A DNA stretch of 42,763 nucleotides from Armatimonadota bacterium. GTDB taxonomy: Bacteria; Armatimonadota; UBA5829; DTLH01. The translations under genes were made by a program, and so were the position numbers. The stretch lies in the NCBI GenBank assembly GCA_039680575.1, contig JBDKSP010000003.1, forward strand, positions 1 through 42,763, written 5' to 3'. How positions within the stretch are numbered: the first letter of the stretch is position 1; each line of letters starts with the position of its first letter. Shown piece after piece: positions 36,511 through 42,763 of the stretch. The notes under the pieces are model-generated. The model did not search any database. It was given only the letters and a program-made list of their open reading frames with translations, and was not told where the DNA came from.

Positions 36511-39500
36511 CTACGCCACCTGCATCCTTTTCGCACTCGTCTTTAATGCTTTCCCCACGACCTCGACCATGTCCTCCACAAGATTGATAATTCTTGGGTT
36601 ATCCGGGTTCAAAAGTACCTTATCGGCTTGGAACCAGTGCCGTTTATACGTTTTGCCGAGCTCTTTCTGTATATCGGAAAGTATCCTGAAACCTGTAGCG
36701 AATTTGATCGCTATCTGCCGTTTATCGGTAGAGATAGACGAAATTCCGAGCTCCAGTGCCCTGATCCTGAGTCTGATGAGCGCAAGCATGTTCCAGACCT
36801 GCTTCGGCGGATCGCCGAACCTGTCTTCGAGCTCGTCCTGTATCTGTTTAACATCCCTCTCAGCCTTCGCGGCGGCCATCTTTTTATAGAAGAATATCCG
36901 CTGGGCATCCGTCGTGATATATTCGTTCGGAATATAAGCATCTATCGGCAGATCGACCGGCGGCAGGTTGACTTCCTGTACTTCCTCGCCCTTAAGTTCC
37001 GCTACAGCCTGCGAGAGAAGCTGGCAGTAGAGATCGAACCCTACCTGGGCTATCTGCCCGTGCTGCTCCGCGCCGAGCAGGTTCCCCGCGCCCCTTATTT
37101 CGAGGTCACGAAGCGCAATTCTGAACCCTGAGCCGAGGTCCGTAAACTCCCTGATCGCGTCCAGGCGCTTTTCGGCGATTTCCGTAAGCGATTTATCGGC
37201 GTTGAACATCAAATAAGCATACGCCTGCTTGTCCGAACGCCCGACACGCCCTCTGAGCTGATAAAGCTGCGCCAAACCCATCTTGTCGGCGTTGTTTATG
37301 ATAATCGTATTTGCGTTAGGGATGTCCAGCCCGCTCTCGATGATCGTCGTGCAGACCAAAACGTCGAACTTTCTATCATAGAAGTCCAGCATGACCCGTT
37401 CCAGGTCGTCCTCATCCATCTGACCGTGGCCTATGGCCACCCGCGCATACGGAACCAGCTTCGAGATCTGCGCCGCGATGTGCGCGATGTTCTCCACACG
37501 GTTGTGGACGAAGTACACCTGCCCGCCTCGGTCCAGTTCTCGGACAATCGCCTCCCGGACGATCTCCTCATCGAACCCCTTGACGAATGTCTTGATCGGA
37601 GTCCTGCCCTGAGGCGGATCGTTCATAATACTCATATCGCGGATGCCCGCAAGCGACATGTGGAGCGTCCTCGGGATCGGTGTCGCAGTCATAGTGAGCG
37701 CATCGACTGTCTTTTTGAGCTGCTTCAGCCGCTCTTTGTGCGCCACGCCGAACCGCTGCTCCTCGTCCACGATAATAAGTCCGATGTCGTTGAAATTTAT
37801 GTCCTTCGACAGGAGCCTGTGAGTTCCGATGACTATATCCACGGTGCCGACCCTGAGTCCTTCTATGGTCTCCTTCTGCTCTTTCCGGCTCCTGAACCGG
37901 GAAAGCATCTCTATCGAGATCGGAAATGCTCCGAGCCGTTCCTGGAATGTGTTCCAGTGCTGCTGGGCAAGGACCGTAGTCGGCGCAAGTACCGCAACCT
38001 GTTTGCCGTCGTTCACTACCTTGAACGCCGCGCGGATTGCTACCTCCGTCTTGCCGTAGCCGACATCTCCGCAGATCAGCCTGTCCATCGGTTTTGGGTC
38101 TTCCAGATCGCGTTTGACCTCATTTATCGCTTCGAGCTGGTCCGGTGTCTCCTCATAAGGGAATGCCGACTCCATTTCCTGCTGCCACGGCGAGTCCGGG
38201 CTGAACGAATAGCCGCCGAGCGCCTGACGCCAGGCGTAAAGCTCGATAAGCTCCTTCGCCATCTCCCGTACGGCCTGTTTGACCTTCTTCGTTGCGCGCA
38301 GCCATTCACTCCCGCCGATCCGGTGGACTACAGGCGCGTTTCCTTCGCCGCCGATGTATTTCTGCACCCTGTCTATCTGCTCGGTCGGGACGTACAGCTT
38401 GTCAACCCCGGCGTATTCCAGGTGCAGGTACTCGCGGGTGACTCCGTCCGTTTCAAGCCGCTGAATGCCCCGGTATATACCGATGCCATGGGATATGTGG
38501 ACCACATAGTCGCCTTCCTTAAGGTCGAGGATCGTCGAGATGGCGACGCCTTCACGAGCCACGCGCCTCGGTTTGCGGTATCGGACGACTCCGTAGATTT
38601 CCGAGTCCGAAATCACCATAAGCCCGATTTCGGGCAGCTTGAACCCCGATTTGATAGCGCCGGAAGCGACATAAACACCCGGTTTTCCCGATGTTTCCAG
38701 CTCTTCTATCGATCTTGCCTCGACACCGCGCTCACGCAAGAGTTCTACTGTTCTATCGTGCTGGTCTGTCGCTATGACTACGCGCACATCGTTTCCCGAC
38801 CAGGTCTTCACCTGCTCCGCGAGCATATCGAACTGGCTCGCAAATGTCTCCATAGGGGATGATTCGATAGTGGCTTTGATCTTGGGGTTGATATAAGGCT
38901 GCTTGCGCTCAAGCGTGGTCAAAACGAGCGTAGGCCAGTCTTTTCCGGCTCGATTCATCGCCGATTCGATGGATACGTGCTGACATCTGATCGACGCAAG
39001 GAGCAGCCCGCGCCCCGCGCGGTTTATCAGCACTTCCACCATCTCCTGGTCTAGCTGGTCCCAGTGCGTGGCAATCTGGTTCGGCTCGTCCATCACTACA
39101 ATGGCCGACGGAAGCAGATAATCAAATATGGAGTTCTCTTCCTTGTGAATATACGGCAGGTAGCTTTCTATCCCATCGAAATATGCAAGGTTCGAGATAA
39201 GAGAAATGTCGTTTTCCATCTTTTCCGCAAGGCGAACGGCTTCGTCATGCTGCCCGGCCTCTTCGAACTTGCGGACCTGCTCATCCATCTCGGCCTGTAG
39301 AGCCGTGACAGCAGTATCGGCGTTCTCGCGCGTGAGGACGACTTCTCTTGCGGGCAGGATTATCACGTGCTTGCGGTGCCCTGTGGAACGCTGGGATGCC
39401 GGATCGAACGTGCGGATGCTCTCTATCTCATCTCCAAAAAGCTCTATTCTGACCGGTTCGTCTTCATTGGACGGATAAATATCTATTATCCCGCCTCTTT

Positions 39501-40032
39501 TGCTGAATTCGCCGTGCATATCGCAGATTTCAGTGCGTTCGTAGCCGAGATTGACCAACCCGCGCGCAAAATCGTCCACATCCAGCGTCTGTCTGACCTT
39601 TGCCTCCAGCCGGAACTCCTGAAGATACCGGCGGGGCATCGTACGGCGGAGCGCGCCGTTGATAGGTGCGATCACGACTGCCGGAGCGTCTGAAAGAAGC
39701 GCGTCCATAGCCGCGAGCCTCTGCCCGATGATCCTGAAGTCCGGCGCGCCTTCTTCATAGATGAGCGAGTCGGACGGAGGAAGGACAAAAAGCTCGTTAT
39801 CAGACAGACCGAACTGGGAGAGGTCATCCGCAAGCCGTTCCGCCTGCTCGCTTGAGTAGGTGATAACGAGCGCAGGCTTTTTCAGCTCCCGGATGATACC
39901 GGAGAGGAAAAAACCTTTTGCGGAGCCGGTCAGCCCGTTCAACTGCACCGCTTTTGAACCGGCAAGAGCATCACGGACCTGCCGGAACTGTTCTATATCG
40001 TTATTTTGTTCTATCAGACTGGATAAAGACAT
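36511..40032 (-). CDS. mfd: Transcription-repair coupling factor
   Basis: UvrB-like N-terminus, RID (VVHISHGIG), GDVGYGKTEVA, DEEQRFG, TATPIPRT, QLRGRVGR, RDLEIRGAGNLLG, TRCF domain. Confidence 0.98.
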   Translation of the reverse strand: MSLSSLIEQNNDIEQFRQVRDALAGSKAVQLNGLTGSAKGFFLSGIIRELKKPALVITYSSEQAERLADDLSQFGLSDNELFVLPPSDSLIYEEGAPDFRIIGQRLAAMDALLSDAPAVVIAPINGALRRTMPRRYLQEFRLEAKVRQTLDVDDFARGLVNLGYERTEICDMHGEFSKRGGIIDIYPSNEDEPVRIELFGDEIESIRTFDPASQRSTGHRKHVIILPAREVVLTRENADTAVTALQAEMDEQVRKFEEAGQHDEAVRLAEKMENDISLISNLAYFDGIESYLPYIHKEENSIFDYLLPSAIVVMDEPNQIATHWDQLDQEMVEVLINRAGRGLLLASIRCQHVSIESAMNRAGKDWPTLVLTTLERKQPYINPKIKATIESSPMETFASQFDMLAEQVKTWSGNDVRVVIATDQHDRTVELLRERGVEARSIEELETSGKPGVYVASGAIKSGFKLPEIGLMVISDSEIYGVVRYRKPRRVAREGVAISTILDLKEGDYVVHISHGIGIYRGIQRLETDGVTREYLHLEYAGVDKLYVPTEQIDRVQKYIGGEGNAPVVHRIGGSEWLRATKKVKQAVREMAKELIELYAWRQALGGYSFSPDSPWQQEMESAFPYEETPDQLEAINEVKRDLEDPKPMDRLICGDVGYGKTEVAIRAAFKVVNDGKQVAVLAPTTVLAQQHWNTFQERLGAFPISIEMLSRFRSRKEQKETIEGLRVGTVDIVIGTHRLLSKDINFNDIGLIIVDEEQRFGVAHKERLKQLKKTVDALTMTATPIPRTLHMSLAGIRDMSIMNDPPQGRTPIKTFVKGFDEEIVREAIVRELDRGGQVYFVHNRVENIAHIAAQISKLVPYARVAIGHGQMDEDDLERVMLDFYDRKFDVLVCTTIIESGLDIPNANTIIINNADKMGLAQLYQLRGRVGRSDKQAYAYLMFNADKSLTEIAEKRLDAIREFTDLGSGFRIALRDLEIRGAGNLLGAEQHGQIAQVGFDLYCQLLSQAVAELKGEEVQEVNLPPVDLPIDAYIPNEYITTDAQRIFFYKKMAAAKAERDVKQIQDELEDRFGDPPKQVWNMLALIRLRIRALELGISSISTDKRQIAIKFATGFRILSDIQKELGKTYKRHWFQADKVLLNPDNPRIINLVEDMVEVVGKALKTSAKRMQVA

Positions 40033-40173
40033 CTAATCCTCGGGAGTACAACACCAAAAGGGTCTTGGCAGAGAAACCCGGTAGTGCCAAAACCCTGAAT
40101 AAGCCTTCAGAAGGTCTACTTACCTGACCTCTGACTGAATTATCGGGAAATTACAGCTTTAAACTTCTAACAT

Positions 40174-40202
40174 ATTTTATGACAGAAGGAGATTGGAGTC
40201 AA
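40174..40202 (-). promoter_or_regulatory. Sigma70-type promoter for mfd
   Basis: TTGACT (40202-40197), 17-nt spacer, TAAAAT (40179-40174). Confidence 0.7.
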
Positions 40203-40207
40203 ATGAG

Positions 40208-40594
40208 GTAAGAGTTCACTCTTGGCTAGAGTAAATTAGAAGACAGTAGCTTGTGGCACTCAGTAAAGGTATCGAGCCCCCGCAGCTTCCAGGTGCCGAA
40301 GATACTCATCAGGACCATCCTGGTCTTGGAGCCTTTCTCTGAGCGAGTTCCTCCGCTTATCTTTCTTGCTATCACCGAAGGTCTTACGGAACGCTCCGCT
40401 GCATTGTTGTCGGATGGAACATTCGGCTCCTCAACAAAAACAAACAGTTCAGCCAGATGTTTCTCTATCCTTCCGGCAAGCGTGCTCTGGGGCTTCTTCT
40501 TACCAAGATACGGATCGGCAAGTGTCATCAGCCGTCTCTCAAGGACAAGCTTGGCCTTAAGCCTATGCCTGGCAGAAGTGCTGGTGAATGCCTT
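40208..40594 (-). mobile_element. Truncated IS66-family element (3' part of the tnpC transposase plus right terminal repeat)
   Basis: The frame KAFTS...LFVFVEEPNVPSDNNAAERSVRPSVIARKISGGTRS...G carries the IS66 NNxAERxxR motif. The end GTAAGAGTTCAC at 40208 begins with the IS66-typical GTAA. The 5' part is lost at a heptamer repeat. Confidence 0.88.
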
Positions 40595-40652
40595 ACTGAT
40601 AGCTGACGGCTGAAAGCTGATAGCTATCTCCGTTCCCTATCTCGACATCCAT

Positions 40653-41360
40653 TTACGGCTCAAAAAACGAGAGTGATGTATCGACGGGCAGTTTCACGGG
40701 AACATCCGCGCGGGTCATCGACTCAATTGCCGGGTTTCTGCGCCTGGCGAGTTCCAAAATCGTCTTTCTGGGTGTTCCCAGGTGGACTATCCGTCCGGGA
40801 AGCGGCTTACCTTCGATGATCCGCCCAATTGTCTTATCTATCAGTTGAGCGATGACATCGAGGTAGTCGGCAGTCGTCCACATATCAGACACAGCTTTCG
40901 GGTGCTCCCATGGGGATTTCTTGAAGCTGGTGCGGATTATATAATGCTCGGTATAGGCCTGCGTATATATCTCACCGATCAGTTTCGTGGTAGAATACCA
41001 GTTGATCGGGTGAGGTACATCATCCGGCTTATAGCCGGGACCGCCCGGTTCCTGGTCTCCGTCGAATACGTAATCGGTGCTTTGATAGATGAAAGTCGCC
41101 CCAATCTCCTTCGCGGCAGCGACCATGTTCTTCGTGCCTAGAGCATTGACCTCATAGCACTTCCGCCAGTCGGTCTCAGCTTTAGCGACATTTGTATAGG
41201 CGGCTGCGTGGTAGATGAACTCAGGTTTCACAGCAGTTATTACTTCTATCACCTTCGCCGGGTCGGTGATATCCATTTCGTGCTCTTCTGGAGCGTAGTA
41301 ATCTCGCAGTTTTCTCAACTCCGGGCCGAGCAGCCCGTGTCCGCCTGTCATAAATATCAA
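40653..41360 (-). CDS. RmlD-like NAD(P)-dependent sugar-nucleotide reductase (SDR)
   Basis: TGGHGLLG, HAAAYTNV, STDYVFDG, YSTTK (YxxxK). TTG start after GAGGTG. Shorter than canonical RmlD. Confidence 0.85.
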   Translation of the reverse strand: MIFMTGGHGLLGPELRKLRDYYAPEEHEMDITDPAKVIEVITAVKPEFIYHAAAYTNVAKAETDWRKCYEVNALGTKNMVAAAKEIGATFIYQSTDYVFDGDQEPGGPGYKPDDVPHPINWYSTTKLIGEIYTQAYTEHYIIRTSFKKSPWEHPKAVSDMWTTADYLDVIAQLIDKTIGRIIEGKPLPGRIVHLGTPRKTILELARRRNPAIESMTRADVPVKLPVDTSLSFFEP

Positions 41361-41443
41361 TGAAACACCTCTTGGGGCAAATTGCCGATTATTTTGTACC
41401 ATATTCCAAAGGTGCCGTCAAACAATTGGGCGGAGATTTTATT

Positions 41444-42094
41444 CTATACATACCGCCGCGCGCCGGCGTAGCACCGGGTATAATACGCATCATCCAGAGA
41501 ACTGATGACTACCCCTCGTCTGGGATTTGCGGCATGGATGAACTTGCCATTGCCGATGTACATCCCTACATGGGTAATCGGGCCACGAGTGTTGAAAAAC
41601 ACGAGATCGCCCTCTTTCAGATCGCCCTTAGCTACCGGAGCGCCTTTCTTGAACTGCAGCTTTGCCGAGTGAGGGAGCTTTATTCCACGTTTTTCATAAA
41701 GATACTGAGTAAACCCGGAACAGTCGAACCCCATTCGGCTGTCTCCTCCCCAAGTGTAGGGAAGCCCACGGCAACTGAGCGCTTCCCTCGTCAGCCGCGA
41801 GAAGCGGTTCGACTGGGCAATCTCTTTATCTATGGATTTGGACATGGCTGCGGACGATTTTTTCACGGATGGCTTAGCGGCAGCCGGTTTTGAAGCGCTT
41901 TCCTTCGATTTATCGGGAATTCCGAGCTCGACTACCAACTCGGGCATCTCACTGTCGGCGCCGGTGGTTGAATTCACCTCTGCGGAGGCGGTTTTCGGCT
42001 GGTCCGCAGCGGCAGTATCCGTCGCGGGCTCCGCGAATACGGGTACCACCGAGGCACATAGAAGAACCGCTGCTATGGCGAGCTTGTGTATCAC
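41444..42094 (-). CDS. Secreted NlpC/P60 (C40) cell-wall peptidase
   Basis: Signal peptide, low-complexity linker, PYTWGG...FDCSG...GDLVFF...HVGMYIG...HA. Confidence 0.93.
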   Translation of the reverse strand: MIHKLAIAAVLLCASVVPVFAEPATDTAAADQPKTASAEVNSTTGADSEMPELVVELGIPDKSKESASKPAAAKPSVKKSSAAMSKSIDKEIAQSNRFSRLTREALSCRGLPYTWGGDSRMGFDCSGFTQYLYEKRGIKLPHSAKLQFKKGAPVAKGDLKEGDLVFFNTRGPITHVGMYIGNGKFIHAANPRRGVVISSLDDAYYTRCYAGARRYV

Positions 42095-42189
42095 AGACTG
42101 ACCTTTCTGCTACAAAATCGCTTTGTCAGGGGCAGTGGCGAAGTACATAGAAGAGTGTCTGACGAGCTGTACAGCGAGCAGTACAAGGT

Positions 42190-42395
42190 CTCTTCACTCC
42201 GCGCCTGCGAGGTTAGCTACAGGGCTAGGGACTGAAGAGCAACCCTTCCCGGCAAGAAGTCGGGATTCGCCCGCTACTAAAGCGCATTATCCGTTTTGCG
42301 AATAACACTTTTAGTAAAAATGCTTTATTTCGAAACAAATAAAGCCGACTAACCTGGTTTCCCCGCTCCCTTCCATCGAAGGGATTCGGCGATCG
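42190..42395 (-). ncRNA. Cyclic di-AMP (ydaO/yuaA) riboswitch
   Basis: Minus strand has TCGCCGAATCC...GGAGCGGGGAAACCA at the 5' end and GGGCGAATC...AAGGGTTGCTCTT...CCCTAGCCCTGTAGCTAACCTCGCAGGCG at the 3' end. It lies upstream of a cell-wall peptidase, the classic target class. Confidence 0.88.
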
Positions 42396-42473
42396 ATTTT
42401 AGATGGATTCCGGCTGGAAATCCGTAGAGCTTCGGATGCGCGTAACAGCCACATCCGTTGTATTGTTGGGGTA

Positions 42474-42502
42474 ATACTACCAGCCCATGCATTAATTGTC
42501 AA
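42474..42502 (-). promoter_or_regulatory. Sigma70-type promoter for the riboswitch / NlpC-P60 transcript
   Basis: TTGACA (42502-42497), 17-nt spacer, TAGTAT (42479-42474) with a TG extension. Confidence 0.75.
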
Positions 42503-42585
42503 GCAGTTTGCTAATTCTGGATAGATTTTAGTCACATAAAGAGTCCAGAGTTGATGAGTATAACATCATGCTGGACTATCACAAC

Positions 42586-42632
42586 GTCATGCTGAGCTTG
42601 ACTCAGCATCCAGGAAAAAATGGACCCTGAAT
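42586..42632. repeat. Degenerate palindromic repeat
   Basis: GTCATGCTGAG-CTTGA-CTCAGCATCC...TGGACCCTGAA. The start resembles GTCAGGCTGAACTTGA at 29079-29094. Confidence 0.5.
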
Positions 42633-42763
42633 CTATGGTAGCGGCGTTAACCTATAGAGTTTCAGGAGATAAAGTAACAGCCTTACAGTTATATAAACAG
42701 TTCTCTGATATAGCTTTATCTGTTGATTTTACACTTACACCTGAAACTCTTCCGGAAGATTTT
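42620..42763 (+). CDS. Possible CDS start running off the window end
   Basis: ATG after AGGA, open for 48 codons (MDPESMVAALTYRVSGDK...PEDF) to the window edge in AT-rich DNA. Confidence 0.3.
   Translation, partial: MDPESMVAALTYRVSGDKVTALQLYKQFSDIALSVDFTLTPETLPEDF

Noticed and set aside
40584..40596. GTAAGGCATTCAC (minus strand) as the left terminal repeat of the IS66 remnant
   Set aside because: It lies in the continuing transposase frame (K-A-F-T), matches the right end imperfectly, and no 8-bp duplication flanks 40208-40596.

Overview
Bacterial chromosomal segment of mixed GC content. The lineage is possibly Armatimonadota-like (inference only). It is mostly housekeeping genes: copA-type P1B ATPase, a GH130 enzyme, prs-PHP-yjbQ-argB, greA-lysS, a galactokinase/nucleotidyltransferase pair, an HD-GYP/histidine kinase/receiver operon, a partial complex I cluster (nuoA-B-CD) behind a transglutaminase-like gene, a complete F1Fo atp operon, mfd, an rmlD-like gene and an NlpC/P60 gene under a c-di-AMP riboswitch. 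Accessory material includes a single-chain restriction-modification gene with an AT-rich specificity segment, an IS66 remnant, a 22-bp IS66 scar with an 8-bp target duplication, and several REP-like and heptamer repeat families. The best candidate for an undescribed system is the AT-rich patch after lysS (about 14.0-16.6 kb). It holds a small membrane protein plus a Zn-finger/TIR-NDT-like gene between 21-bp direct repeats, followed by an unannotated 57-aa ORF and an ADP-ribosyltransferase-like gene that look like a toxin-antitoxin or defence pair. No rRNA, tRNA or CRISPR array was recognised. All family calls come from motif recognition by eye, not database searches.
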